A stretch of 64,000 nucleotides of DNA from Myxococcota bacterium (lineage in GTDB: Bacteria; Myxococcota_A; UBA9042; PHBI01; JAWLBL01): positions 151,660 through 215,659 of the forward strand of contig JAWLBL010000003.1 in the NCBI GenBank assembly GCA_041687695.1, written 5' to 3'. Positions 8,495-19,699 of this stretch are shown piece by piece. The notes under the pieces were generated by a model that made no database searches, was not told the DNA's origin, and worked only from the letters and a program-made list of their open reading frames with translations. Made by a program: the position numbers and the translations under genes. Position 1 is the stretch's first letter. Each line of letters opens with the position of its first letter.

Positions 8495-10906
8495 ATGGCC
8501 GGCTCGCACAACTCGGTCCTCCACGCGTTCGCCGCGCTCACCGGCGCCATCCTGGTGGGCGCGTGGGGCCCCGTCCCCTGGCTCCCGGTCGCCGTGGCCG
8601 CTGCGGCCGTCGCCTGCGTGCCGCGCCGCTGGCCGACCGCGCGGCGCCTCGGCCGCTGCGTCGGCGCCGGTCTGGCTGCGGCCGCCGCCGCTTCGGCCCT
8701 GGCGCCCCCCGGGACCCTCTGGGGGGCCGGGCCGCGGCAGGCCGACCTCGACGGGCGGGTCGATCGCCTGTTCTGCCTTGCCGACCGATGCAGCGCCGTG
8801 CTCACCGACGCCCACGCGGACGGGCAGCCGCTCGGCGAAGACGTCCGCATGACCCTGGCCCCGTGGGAGGCCGAGCCCCTCCGCGTCGGACAGCGCTATC
8901 GCGTCCGAGCGCGGCTGGACGCCGAGCCGACCGGCGCCAACCCCGGGTTCGAGCCGGCCGGACAGCCGCGACGCTTGCGCTGGAACGGCCGCCCTCTCGA
9001 CGCCGACCCGCTCGAGGCCATGGACGACACGCCCACCCCTGGCGTCGGCACCTGGCGCGCCTCGCTGCGCGACCGCATGACGCTCCCGGACGCCGCCGTG
9101 ACCGGGCTGTACCGCGCCATCCTGCTCGGGGACAAGGACGGCCTCGACCCGCGGCTGCGCGACTGGTTCGGCGACACCGGCACGGCCCACCTGCTCGCGA
9201 TCTCGGGCCTCCACCTGGCCATCGTGGGATTCGGCCTGTACCGCCTGCTGCTCTTCGGCCTGCTCTGCTGGCCCCGCCTGGCGCAGGCCGGCCGCCCCCC
9301 CGCCTGGGCCGCCGCCGCAGCCCTCGTCCTGACCTGGGCCTACGTCGTCCTCGTGGCCCGCAGCGACGCCACCTTCCGAGCCGCCCTGGTCATGACGCTG
9401 GTGCTCTTGGGCGCCGTCCTGGCCCGCCGCGCCACGGGCCCCCGGTCGCTGGCCCTGGCCGCCATCGGACTGACCATCGTCTACCCCCGCGCGCCGCTCG
9501 AGGCCTCCTTCCAGCTCTCGTTTGCGGCCGCCGGGGCCCTGGTCGCCAGCCAGCCCTCCTTGCGCAACCTGGACGCCTGGCTCGCCGACCCCGGCCGGCT
9601 CGAGCCCCGCGGCCTGAGGGTGGCCCGCTGGTTGCTGCCCGGCCTGGCCGCCAGCGTCGTCACCTTCGCCGCGACGGCCCCCCTGACCCTGGCCTGGTTC
9701 GGACAGCTGGCGCCCATCGGCCTGCTGGTCAACCTGGTGGCGGTGCCGCTCACGGCCCTGGCGGTCGTGCCGGTCGGCGCGGGCTGGCTGGTCCTGGCCT
9801 GCGTCTGGCCGGCCCTGGCTGGGCTGCTCGCGCCGCTCCCCGAGGTGGCGGGCGACCTGCTGCTGGGGCTGGTGCGCGGCTGGGCCGAGGTCGCGGACGC
9901 GGCCACCCAGCCGGCCTGGCCCCACTTGGCGGGTGCGCTGGGCGCGGCGGCGGTCGTGCTGGCGCTGGTGGGCCGCCGGGGCTGGCCCTGGGCGGGCGGG
10001 ACGGCCGCGGCCTGCGCCGTCCTCGTCCTGGCCCACGGCCCCGCGACCGACGCGCTGCACGTGACTTTCCTCGACGTGGGCCACGGTGACGCGATCGTCG
10101 CCCGGATACCCGGCGACCGGATCCTGCTGGTCGACACCGGCGGCTCGTTTCGGCCCGACGCCAACCGCGCCATCGCTCGCACCACCCTGGTCCCGGCGCT
10201 GACGCGGCTGGGCGTGGACCGCGTGGACCTGCTGGTCATCAGCCACGCCCACCTCGATCACGTCGGCGCGGCGTGGCAGCTGCCGGGGCGCCTGCCGGTC
10301 CGAGAGGTGTGGCTGCCTTGGTGCGGCACCCAGGCCCCTCCCGTCCGACGTCTGGCCGCCGCGACCCTGCGCCGCGGTGGCCGGGTCCGGATGGTGCACG
10401 GCGGTCCGCGTCTACACTGGGGCGAGGTCCAGCTCGACCTGCTCTGGCCCGAGGTCGACGCCCTGCGGGCCGACGGCGCCTGCCGGACCAGCCTCAACGG
10501 CGGCTCGGTCACGCTGCGGCTGACCTACGCCGGTCGGCGTCTGCTACTGACGGGTGACCTCGAGGCCGAGTCCGAGGCCGCGCTGGTCGCGGCCGACCCC
10601 GCGGCGCTGCGGGCGGACGTGTTGAAGGTCGGGCACCACGGCAGCCGCACGTCCAGCACGTCGGCGTTCCTGGACGCCGTTCAGCCGTCGTTGGCCGTCG
10701 TCCCGGGGCGGCTCGCGCCCGGCCGCATGCCCCCTCACCAGAGCGTCCTGGCGCGCTTTCAGCGGCGGGCCATCCCGACCTGGGTGACGGGTCGGGACGG
10801 CGCTCTGTCGCTGACCATCGGCGCCGACGGGCGCGTCCGCTGGTGGGGCCACCGCGACGGCTCCCCTCGGACGCTGCCCGCAGATCGGGTCCTCAGACCT
10901 CCATGA
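8495..10906 (+). CDS. comEC: DNA internalisation competence protein ComEC/Rec2
   Basis: GGAGG SD; HLLAISGLH, SFQLSF, FLDVGHGDA, SHAHLDH, TGDLE, KVGHHGSRTSS. Confidence 0.93.
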   Translation: MAGSHNSVLHAFAALTGAILVGAWGPVPWLPVAVAAAAVACVPRRWPTARRLGRCVGAGLAAAAAASALAPPGTLWGAGPRQADLDGRVDRLFCLADRCSAVLTDAHADGQPLGEDVRMTLAPWEAEPLRVGQRYRVRARLDAEPTGANPGFEPAGQPRRLRWNGRPLDADPLEAMDDTPTPGVGTWRASLRDRMTLPDAAVTGLYRAILLGDKDGLDPRLRDWFGDTGTAHLLAISGLHLAIVGFGLYRLLLFGLLCWPRLAQAGRPPAWAAAAALVLTWAYVVLVARSDATFRAALVMTLVLLGAVLARRATGPRSLALAAIGLTIVYPRAPLEASFQLSFAAAGALVASQPSLRNLDAWLADPGRLEPRGLRVARWLLPGLAASVVTFAATAPLTLAWFGQLAPIGLLVNLVAVPLTALAVVPVGAGWLVLACVWPALAGLLAPLPEVAGDLLLGLVRGWAEVADAATQPAWPHLAGALGAAAVVLALVGRRGWPWAGGTAAACAVLVLAHGPATDALHVTFLDVGHGDAIVARIPGDRILLVDTGGSFRPDANRAIARTTLVPALTRLGVDRVDLLVISHAHLDHVGAAWQLPGRLPVREVWLPWCGTQAPPVRRLAAATLRRGGRVRMVHGGPRLHWGEVQLDLLWPEVDALRADGACRTSLNGGSVTLRLTYAGRRLLLTGDLEAESEAALVAADPAALRADVLKVGHHGSRTSSTSAFLDAVQPSLAVVPGRLAPGRMPPHQSVLARFQRRAIPTWVTGRDGALSLTIGADGRVRWWGHRDGSPRTLPADRVLRPP

Positions 10907-11441
10907 TCTCGGCTTCCTTGCGGTTGGCCTCTTCGTCGATGCGGGCGATGGCCTTGTCGGTCAGGTCCTGGATGTCCTTCAGGAACCGGTGCTGCTCGTC
11001 CTCGCTCGCCGCTTCGTCGGCCTTGACCATGTTGTTGGCGTCACGGCGCACGTTGCGGACGGCGACGCGGGCCTCCTCGGTCTGCTTCTTGAGCTGCTTG
11101 ACCAGCTCCTTGCGGCGCTCGCCGGTCAGCGGCGGGATCGGCAGGCGGATCATCTCGCCGTCGTTGGACGGGGTGATGCCCAGGTTGCTGCCGACGATGG
11201 CCTTCTCGATGTCGGTCAGCAGGCCCTTGTCCCACGGCTTGACCGTGATGAGGCGCGGGTCGGCAACGTTCAGCGCGGCCACCTGGTTCAGGGGCGTCAG
11301 GGTGCCGTAGTACTCGACGCGGATGCCGTCGAGCATCGAGAGGCTGGCGCGCCCCGTCCGGACCCTCGACAGGTCCTTCTTGAAGCTCTCGATGGCTTTG
11401 TCCATGGAAGCCTTGGTGTCGCTGATGATCTCGTCCAGCAT
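10893..11441 (-). CDS. frr: ribosome recycling factor
   Basis: RVRTGRAS, EYYG, PSNDG, PPLTGERRKELVK, VRNVRR. Confidence 0.97.
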   Translation of the reverse strand: MLDEIISDTKASMDKAIESFKKDLSRVRTGRASLSMLDGIRVEYYGTLTPLNQVAALNVADPRLITVKPWDKGLLTDIEKAIVGSNLGITPSNDGEMIRLPIPPLTGERRKELVKQLKKQTEEARVAVRNVRRDANNMVKADEAASEDEQHRFLKDIQDLTDKAIARIDEEANRKEAEIMEV

Positions 11442-11721
11442 GCGCGCACTCCGGGTCGTCGTCGTTGAGGCCGTGAGCATACCGCTGCGCCTCGGTTTGA
11501 CAAGCAGCGCCGCCGCCGGTGCCCACGGACGGGCGACGGCGGACGGACGAACGGCCGGACGCGGGCCGGGCGGCGGGCTGGACGGACGGTGGCGGACAGC
11601 CGTCGGCGCGGGCGAGACGACGGCGGGCGAGACGACGGCGGGCGACGACCCGCGCCGCCGCCCTTTCTCGACGAGGTCGCGAGCGGGCCGCGTGCGCGGC
11701 GGGGCAGGCCCGCGACGCGGC

Positions 11722-13224
<1,503 letters not shown>

Positions 13225-13253
13225 GACTGGTCTCCTTTGGAAGAGGGCTCGGG

Positions 13254-14111
13254 CTACTCCGCGGCGCCTTCGTCAGCGGCCTCGGCGGCCTCACCGCCCT
13301 CGGCCTCGGCGGCCTCGGGGGCCTCGACGGTCTCGGTGGCCTTGTCGGCGCGCCGCACGACCTCGACGTCCTGCTCGGCGCGGGCGCCACGGCCGCCGCC
13401 GGCCATCTCGCGGACGAAGGTGTCCTTGTGCGCCGCGGCGCCCGAGATGTAGGCGTCGGCGATGGCCGCCGTGAAGAGCTTGATGGCGCGGATCGCGTCG
13501 TCGTTCGACGGGATCGGGTAGCTCACGACGTCCGGGTCGCTGTTGGTGTCGACCAGGGCGACGATCGGGATGCCCAGGCGGCGGGCCTCCTCGACGGCCA
13601 GGTGCTCCTTGACCGTGTCGACGATGAAGATGGCGCCCGGCAGGCGGGGCATCTCACGCAGGCCACCCAGGTTGCGCAGCAGCTTGTCGCGCTCGCGCTC
13701 GAGGCGGGTGACCTCCTTCTTGGTCAGCTTCTCGACGTTGCCGACGTCCAGCGACTTCTCGATCTCGCCGATGCGCTCGATCGAGGTCTTGATGGTGCGG
13801 AAGTTGGTCAGCATGCCGCCGAGCCAGCGGTGGTTGACGTACGGCTGCTTGCAGCGCGACGCCTCCTCGGCGATGACCTCTTGCGCCTGGCGCTTGGTGC
13901 CGACGAACAGCAGCTGGTCGCCGTGCTGGCCCAGCTTGCCCACGAAGTCGATCGCGCTGCGGAACAGGCGCGCCGTCTTCTGCAGGTTGATGATGTAGAC
14001 GCCGTTCTTCGAGCCCCAGATGTACGGCTTCATCTTGGGGTTCCAGCGGCGGTTCTGGTGCCCGAAGTGGGCGCCGGCCTCGAGCATGTCACGCATCGTG
14101 ACTTCAGCCAT
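13254..14111 (-). CDS. rpsB: 30S ribosomal protein S2
   Basis: [45 protein letters not shown]. Confidence 0.97.
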   Translation of the reverse strand: MAEVTMRDMLEAGAHFGHQNRRWNPKMKPYIWGSKNGVYIINLQKTARLFRSAIDFVGKLGQHGDQLLFVGTKRQAQEVIAEEASRCKQPYVNHRWLGGMLTNFRTIKTSIERIGEIEKSLDVGNVEKLTKKEVTRLERERDKLLRNLGGLREMPRLPGAIFIVDTVKEHLAVEEARRLGIPIVALVDTNSDPDVVSYPIPSNDDAIRAIKLFTAAIADAYISGAAAHKDTFVREMAGGGRGARAEQDVEVVRRADKATETVEAPEAAEAEGGEAAEAADEGAAE

Positions 14112-14236
14112 CGTCGTTCCTCTTCGCCTTCGTTCGCCACCACCCCCCGAACGGACCGTCAGGCCCGCACGAAAGCTGGGGAGTGTGCGTGTTGATGGGT
14201 GCGTCGGGACTGCCCCGACGGCCCAAACGGGCGCGC

Positions 14237-14265
14237 CGTATAGCACGCGCCCCCCGCTCGGGCAA
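14237..14265 (-). promoter_or_regulatory. rpsB operon promoter TTGCCC-17-TATACG with extended -10 TG
   Basis: minus strand reads TTGCCC gagcggggggcgcgTGc TATACG about 125 nt upstream of the rpsB ATG. Confidence 0.65.
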
Positions 14266-14284
14266 GGATGGTTCGGCTCGCGGG

Positions 14285-14471
14285 CAGGGCTATCGAGTTC
14301 TAGTTACGGGCGTGTTGGACTGCCCGAGCTTGCTCGGGCTCGAGGGCCCGCGCAGCTACCTGCGCGCGGAGGGATGGGACTGTAGCCTCGCGGGCGCAGC
14401 GAGCTGCGCCATGCCGGAGCACGAGCGAGCTGGTGCAGTCCGGTGGCCCGAACTAGAACTCGATCACCCTG
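14285..14471. mobile_element. MITE-like non-autonomous element (187 bp) with CAGGG terminal inverted repeats and 10-bp target-site duplication
   Basis: left CAGGGCTATCGAGTTCTAGTT vs reverse complement of right CAGGGTGATCGAGTTCTAGTT; flanks GGCTCGCGGG (14275-14284) and GGCTCGCCGG (14472-14481). Confidence 0.72.
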
Positions 14472-14582
14472 GGCTCGCCGGGTGGGCGCCGAGCTGCGCC
14501 GCGGAGCGACGGGCGATCCGCGCGAGCCTCGGGGTGGGCACCGGGAGGTGGTCGCCAACCCCTGCGCCGCCCGGACCAGCCC

Positions 14583-15158
14583 CTACCAGCGCTCGAGCAC
14601 GTCCAGCGCCGCTCGCTTCGCCGCCACCGAGCGGAGCGCCGTCGACGCCTGGTCCAGCACGCCGCCGTCGGCCTCGATGGGGTCGCGGCGGTAGATGACG
14701 GCCAGGACGCCGGGGATCTCGCCTTCGAGCCGCAGCGCCCGCACCGACTCGAGGGCCCGCAGGGTCGGCGTCGCGCGGCCGCTGAGCAGATCCGCGCGCA
14801 CCCCGGCCTTGAGCTCGGCCCCGTGGTCCGCGGCCGAGTCGAGCGGGATCTCGCCCAGCTCGGGATCGAGCAGATCCTCGACCTTCACGCGGGGCCGCTC
14901 GCCGCGCGGCACGACGATCTCGGTCGCGAGCCGCTCGCGAGCCTCGGCCAGCGCGCGCTGGACGTCGGCCTCGTCCAGGTCGTTGTCGTCCCGGAAGCGC
15001 TCGTAGGTCGCGCGGGCCATCGACGTCGCGTCGGCGCGCTGGCCCGAGCGCCACAGCCCGACGCTGTCCTGGTAGGTGGCGAGGCTGGCGCCGCAGCCGG
15101 GGGCGACGACCGCCGTCGCGGCGAGCACGAGTGAGAGGACGAGACGCGGCAGGGACAT
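14583..15158 (-). CDS. hypothetical lipoprotein
   Basis: signal peptide MSLPRLVLSLVLAATAVVAPGC. Confidence 0.7.
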   Translation of the reverse strand: MSLPRLVLSLVLAATAVVAPGCGASLATYQDSVGLWRSGQRADATSMARATYERFRDDNDLDEADVQRALAEARERLATEIVVPRGERPRVKVEDLLDPELGEIPLDSAADHGAELKAGVRADLLSGRATPTLRALESVRALRLEGEIPGVLAVIYRRDPIEADGGVLDQASTALRSVAAKRAALDVLERW

Positions 15159-15166
15159 GGCGACCT

Positions 15167-16258
15167 TCAGGGGGCGGCCCAGTCGCGGGCGAGCGCGGCC
15201 GGGCCCTCGGGGTGGGGCACGCAACCGGCCGGATGGTAGCCCATGCGAGCCAGCGGGCGATGGACCGAGCCCGATCGCCGGTGCAGCCAGGCGTCGAGGC
15301 GCATCGGGCCGCCGATCGCCTCGGGCCCCGCAGGCGCCTCGACGGGCGTCGGCTCGAGGGTCAGCCAGAGCCGCTCGCGGCCGCCCGACAGCCAGGCGCG
15401 CAGCTCGGCCTCGTGACGCGCCAGCTGGTCCTTGGGCATGTAGTCGCGGACGACGGACTGGAAGGCGAGGACCGGCAGGCCGTGGGCGGCCTCGAGGTCC
15501 TCGAGCAGGGGCGTGACCGGGGCCTCACCCAGCGTGTGGACGCGGACCTCCGGGCGGGTGCGCGGGTCGGCCGAGGCACGTCGCCACGCCTCGAGCGCGG
15601 CCTCGAGCCGACCGAGCCGCTCGCGGTCGCCCGGCCAGACGCAGGCGCGCAGCCAGCGCACCGAGTCCGGGTCCTCGAGATCGATCGGCCGCCGATCCAG
15701 CCCCAGGCGCGCGATGGGCGACGGCAAGTCCAGCCCGCCGACGATGTGCCGGCCGACGCGCCACGACACGGGCGTCAGGTCGGCCACGAGGTTCAGCCCG
15801 GCCGAGCACGCCAGGTCCACCAACACGAAGCCGCGGTGCGGCAGGCGCAGCCAGGTGACCCCCAGCGCCCAGCCGAGCGCGCGGCCCGGCTCGTTGGTCT
15901 GCACCCGGCGCTCCGCCAGCAGCGCCGGCAACCCCGGGTCCTCGAGCGCCTCGCGCAGCCGCCCGGTGAGGCCCTCGGCCTCGGCGTCGGCCAGCACCTC
16001 GGGCGCCACGGGGTGCGTCGGGTCGCCCAGCGCCGTGAAGCGCAGGCACGCGAGCAGCAGCAGGGGCCGCTCGTACCACGCGTCGAAGCTTCGCCCGGCC
16101 CACGCCCGGGCCAGCGGCGCCAGCGCGTCGGCCTGCTCGCGCGACAGGCGCCCGAGCGCCTCGACCAGGCGGAAGTAGGCGCCCGGCCCCTGTCCGCCGG
16201 CGTATTGCAGCCCGATGCGCTTCAGATCGTCGTCGAACCCGTCGAGTCCCGTGTGCAT
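15167..16258 (-). CDS. DUF2332-family protein (SAM-methyltransferase-like fold)
   Basis: VQTNEPGR, DLACSAGLNL, LRACVWP..RL.RLEAAL motifs. Confidence 0.8.
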   Translation of the reverse strand: MHTGLDGFDDDLKRIGLQYAGGQGPGAYFRLVEALGRLSREQADALAPLARAWAGRSFDAWYERPLLLLACLRFTALGDPTHPVAPEVLADAEAEGLTGRLREALEDPGLPALLAERRVQTNEPGRALGWALGVTWLRLPHRGFVLVDLACSAGLNLVADLTPVSWRVGRHIVGGLDLPSPIARLGLDRRPIDLEDPDSVRWLRACVWPGDRERLGRLEAALEAWRRASADPRTRPEVRVHTLGEAPVTPLLEDLEAAHGLPVLAFQSVVRDYMPKDQLARHEAELRAWLSGGRERLWLTLEPTPVEAPAGPEAIGGPMRLDAWLHRRSGSVHRPLARMGYHPAGCVPHPEGPAALARDWAAP

Positions 16259-16339
16259 GGGGCCGTTGCTACCGCGTCGCGGCCCCGCGGTCGAGATCGG
16301 GCTTTGCGTCCGGCCTCCCGGGCATTAGCTTGCCCGCCC

Positions 16340-17020
16340 ATGACGACCCGCCTCACTCGCCGCGCCAAGGCGGCCCGCATCGTCGAGATCCTCGAGGATC
16401 TCTACCCCGCGACGCCCGTCCCGCTCGACCACGACGACCCCTACACGCTGCTCGTCGCCGTGATGCTCAGCGCCCAGACCACCGACAAGAAGGTCAACCA
16501 GGTCACGCCGGCGCTCTTCGCGCGCGCCCGCACGCCGGCCGCGATGGCCGCGCTGCCGGTCGACGAGATCCGCGACCTCATCCGCGAGGTCGGCCTGGCG
16601 CCGACCAAGGCCAAGAACCTGCAGGCGCTGAGCCAGCAGCTCTGCGAGCGCCACGACGGACGGGTCCCGGCCGACTTCGAGGCCCTCGAGGCGCTGCCGG
16701 GCGTGGGCCACAAGACGGCGTCGGTGGTGATGGCGCAGGCCTTCGGCGTGCCCGCCTTCCCGGTCGACACCCACATCCACCGCCTCGCGGCCCGCTGGGG
16801 GCTGTCGACCGGCAAGTCCGTCGAGGCGACCGAGGCCGACCTCAAGAAGACCTTCGCCCGCGCCCTGTGGAACAAGCTCCACCTGCAGATCATCTTCTTC
16901 GGGCGCGAGCACTGCCCGGCGCGCGGCCACGACCCGGACCGGTGCCCCATCTGCTCGTGGGCCGGTGACCGCAAGCGGCTCGCGGCCGAGGCCAAGGCCA
17001 AGGCCAAGGCCAAGGCCTGA
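16340..17020 (+). CDS. nth: endonuclease III (HhH-GPD DNA glycosylase)
   Basis: LLVAVMLSAQTTD, LPGVGHKTA, FPVDTHIHR. Confidence 0.93.
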   Translation: MTTRLTRRAKAARIVEILEDLYPATPVPLDHDDPYTLLVAVMLSAQTTDKKVNQVTPALFARARTPAAMAALPVDEIRDLIREVGLAPTKAKNLQALSQQLCERHDGRVPADFEALEALPGVGHKTASVVMAQAFGVPAFPVDTHIHRLAARWGLSTGKSVEATEADLKKTFARALWNKLHLQIIFFGREHCPARGHDPDRCPICSWAGDRKRLAAEAKAKAKAKA

Positions 17021-17022
17021 CC

Positions 17023-17688
17023 TCAACCGGACAGGTCCAAGGCGGGATCGAGCACCGCGCGGGCCCTGAGGGGGCGGCCGCTCTGCTGGGTCAGCAGCGC
17101 CTCGAGCACGGTCGCCACGCGGCGCCGGTCGGCCGCCTCGAGCGCGCGCCAGCGGCCGGCCTCCCACTCGGTCAGCGCCTCGCGCGCCCCGTCGGTCAGA
17201 CCGGGCAGGTCCGCGACCTCGGGCATCAGGCCGGCCAGCGTCAGCGCCCGCAGCTCGAACAGAAGCAGCAGCTCTTCGGTCGGCCGTCGCTTGGGGTCGT
17301 CGAGGACGCGCCAGGCTCTGAGCAGTAGCGGGTACAGGCCCGGCTCGCCGTCGTGCTCGGCTAGGACGTGGGTCACCACCTCGGCCATGGCCGAGGCCAG
17401 CGCGACCCGCAGCAGGTCGGCCTTCACGATGGCGAAGCCCTCGAGCGCCGTCGCCCCCTCGAGTGTCGCGAGGCCGTCGCCGCGCTCGCGCACGACGACC
17501 TCGGCGCGGGTCACCGGGTCGAGGTGCCCAGCCCGCTTGGCCGACCGACGCGCGCGGCGGGCGACGACGGGCAGGCGCAGGCCGCTGTCCATCAGCAGGC
17601 CGACGATGAGGTCGTCCCGCGAGTCGGCGCTGGTCAGGACCAGGGCCTCGGCCACCGCGCCGGGACGCGCCGGGGCCCTACTGGGCAA
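17023..17688 (-). CDS. recO: DNA repair protein RecO (divergent, short)
   Basis: EALVL..D.IV.L, ARRARRSAKR, LLLFELRAL..AG..P; directly downstream of mgtE. Confidence 0.75.
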   Translation of the reverse strand: MPSRAPARPGAVAEALVLTSADSRDDLIVGLLMDSGLRLPVVARRARRSAKRAGHLDPVTRAEVVVRERGDGLATLEGATALEGFAIVKADLLRVALASAMAEVVTHVLAEHDGEPGLYPLLLRAWRVLDDPKRRPTEELLLLFELRALTLAGLMPEVADLPGLTDGAREALTEWEAGRWRALEAADRRRVATVLEALLTQQSGRPLRARAVLDPALDLSG

Positions 17689-19033
17689 TGATCCAGCTCA
17701 CGAGCGTCGACGCGATCGTGAAGTAGGTCAGGATGCCCAGGATGTCGACGCTGGTCGTCACGAAGGGGCCGGTCGCGACGGCCGGGTCGATGCCCAGGCG
17801 GCTCAGGACCAGCGGGATGGTGGTGCCGATGCAGCTGGCGACCGTCATGCCGACGCCCATGGCCAGCCCCACGGCCAGCCCATAGGCGGGCGTCTCGCCG
17901 AAGATGGCCGCGACGCCGCCGACCACCAGCCCGTACATGGCCCCCATCAGCAGCCCGATGGAGACCTCCTTGCGCACGACGTCCCAGTTGCGCTCGGCGC
18001 CGATGTGGCCCATCGCGATGGCGCGCACCGTCACGGTCGCCGACTGGGTGCCGACGTTGCCGCTCATGCCCAGGATGATGGGCAGGAAGAAGGCCAGGTA
18101 GTGGTGGGCGGCGAGGGTCTCGTCGAAGCCGCCCATCACGGCCGCGCCGACCAGCCCGCCGCCGGCGCTCGCCAGCAGCCACGGGAAGCGGATGCGCACG
18201 TTCTTGGGGACGCTCTGGACCTCCGTGAGGTCCGTGCCGGCGCCCGCCATCTTCAGCATGTCCTCGGTCGCCTCTTCGCGGAGGACGTCGATGACGTCGT
18301 CGACGGTGACGATGCCGACCAGGCGGTTCGAGTCGTCGACCACGGGCACGGCCAGAAAGCCGTAGCGCGCCACCAGCCGCGCGACCTCCTCCTGGTCGGT
18401 GTCGGTCGTGACGCTGATGACGTCGGGCTCCATGATCTCGCGCACGCGCATGTGCGGCGGCGCGGCCACGAGCTTGCGCAGCGAGATGACCCCGACCAGG
18501 TGGCCGTGCTCGTTGGCGACGTAGATGTAGTAGACCATCTCGACGTCGCCGCTCTCGCGCAGCTTCTGGATGGCCTCCTCGGCCGTGTCCTCGGCGTGCA
18601 GGGCCAGAAAGTCGGGGAGCATGATGCCGCCGGCGGTGTCGTCGCCGTACTGCATCAGGGACTCGACCTGCTCGGACCCCTCGAGGATCTCGAGGATCCG
18701 CTGCGCGTGCTCGGGCTCGAGGTCGGCCAGGATGTCGGCCATGTCGTCCGGCGCCATCTCGCGCAGGATGGCGGCGGCCTGCTGGGGCGGCATCGGGTCC
18801 AGCACGCGCTTGCCGAAGGGCGCCTGCATCTGGACGATGACGTTGGCCTTGCGCTCGTTGCCCGACACGAGGCGGAAGACCGCGATCTGGTCCTCCTCGG
18901 CCATCGTCGACAGGACGGCCGCCAGCTCCTCCTCGCGGGTCTTCGCCACCAGACGCGCCAGCGGCTCCCAGCCCTGCCGGCGAAGCAGCCGACGGACGCT
19001 GTCCTGGAGCAGCCGGAGCTTGGGCGTCTGCAC
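17678..19033 (-). CDS. mgtE: magnesium transporter MgtE
   Basis: Y.DDTAGGIM, CBS pair, GNVGTQS, GIDPAVATGPFVTT.VD. Confidence 0.95.
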   Translation of the reverse strand: MQTPKLRLLQDSVRRLLRRQGWEPLARLVAKTREEELAAVLSTMAEEDQIAVFRLVSGNERKANVIVQMQAPFGKRVLDPMPPQQAAAILREMAPDDMADILADLEPEHAQRILEILEGSEQVESLMQYGDDTAGGIMLPDFLALHAEDTAEEAIQKLRESGDVEMVYYIYVANEHGHLVGVISLRKLVAAPPHMRVREIMEPDVISVTTDTDQEEVARLVARYGFLAVPVVDDSNRLVGIVTVDDVIDVLREEATEDMLKMAGAGTDLTEVQSVPKNVRIRFPWLLASAGGGLVGAAVMGGFDETLAAHHYLAFFLPIILGMSGNVGTQSATVTVRAIAMGHIGAERNWDVVRKEVSIGLLMGAMYGLVVGGVAAIFGETPAYGLAVGLAMGVGMTVASCIGTTIPLVLSRLGIDPAVATGPFVTTSVDILGILTYFTIASTLVSWIIAQ

Positions 19034-19039
19034 GCGCGG

Positions 19040-19546
19040 CTACCGCGAGGCGTCGGTGAAGGTCGACACGCCGTCGACCGGCTCTCCGATGGTCGGCACC
19101 CCCGGCTGGGCCGTCTCGGGCTCGCCGCCCTTGCGCTGGCCCACCATGAACCACGCCGCGAGCACCATCCCCAGGGCCACCACCAGCAGCGCGGCCTGGC
19201 CGGGGCGGAAGGCGGGTCCCGGGCGCGTCGCCTCGTCCAGGCTGAGCCACGCCGGCACGGCCTCGGGCTCCTGGCGTTCGCGCAGCACGCGCGTCGTCGT
19301 CGCGGGCTCTACCGCCGCGGGCGTGTCGCGCAGATCACGCACCAGCTCGTTGCCGTCCAGCCCCACCGCCGCCGCGTAGGCCCGGATGAAGCCGCGCACG
19401 AAGACCAGCGGCGGCAGCCGGTGCAGCTCCCAGGCCTCGAGGGCGGCGACGCTGGCGCGCGGGATCTTGGTGACCTGGGCGATGTCCTCGATCGACATGC
19501 CGCGCATGACGCGCGCCTCGCGCAGCCGTGCTCCGACCGTCTCCAT
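19040..19546 (-). CDS. RodZ-like helix-turn-helix membrane protein
   Basis: GARLREAR..RGMSIEDIA..TKI, VFVRGFIRAYA..VGLD, one TM helix. Confidence 0.85.
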   Translation of the reverse strand: METVGARLREARVMRGMSIEDIAQVTKIPRASVAALEAWELHRLPPLVFVRGFIRAYAAAVGLDGNELVRDLRDTPAAVEPATTTRVLRERQEPEAVPAWLSLDEATRPGPAFRPGQAALLVVALGMVLAAWFMVGQRKGGEPETAQPGVPTIGEPVDGVSTFTDASR

Positions 19547-19699
19547 CGCTCCCTCCCTGAGGCCGACGCCGCCCACGCGGCTTCCGCCGGCGGGTGTCCG
19601 TTCGGGCCGCGGGCCTTGGTGACCCTCATGAAACCGAGACCCGCCTATTACGCCCCGCGGCCGGCGGGTGTCAACGCTTGCCTGCCCGCCGCGCGCCGC

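Noticed and set aside
11525..11650. Low-complexity GACG-rich tract with a 15-bp repeat (GCGGGCGAGACGACG) between pyrH and frr
   Set aside because: Only about 2.5 copies, no clear ORF or structure; treated as simple intergenic slippage
14285..14471. 6S RNA or retron msr-msd
   Set aside because: Size and end-pairing fit loosely, but there is no reverse transcriptase, no typical 6S gene context, and the flanking direct repeat favours an insertion element
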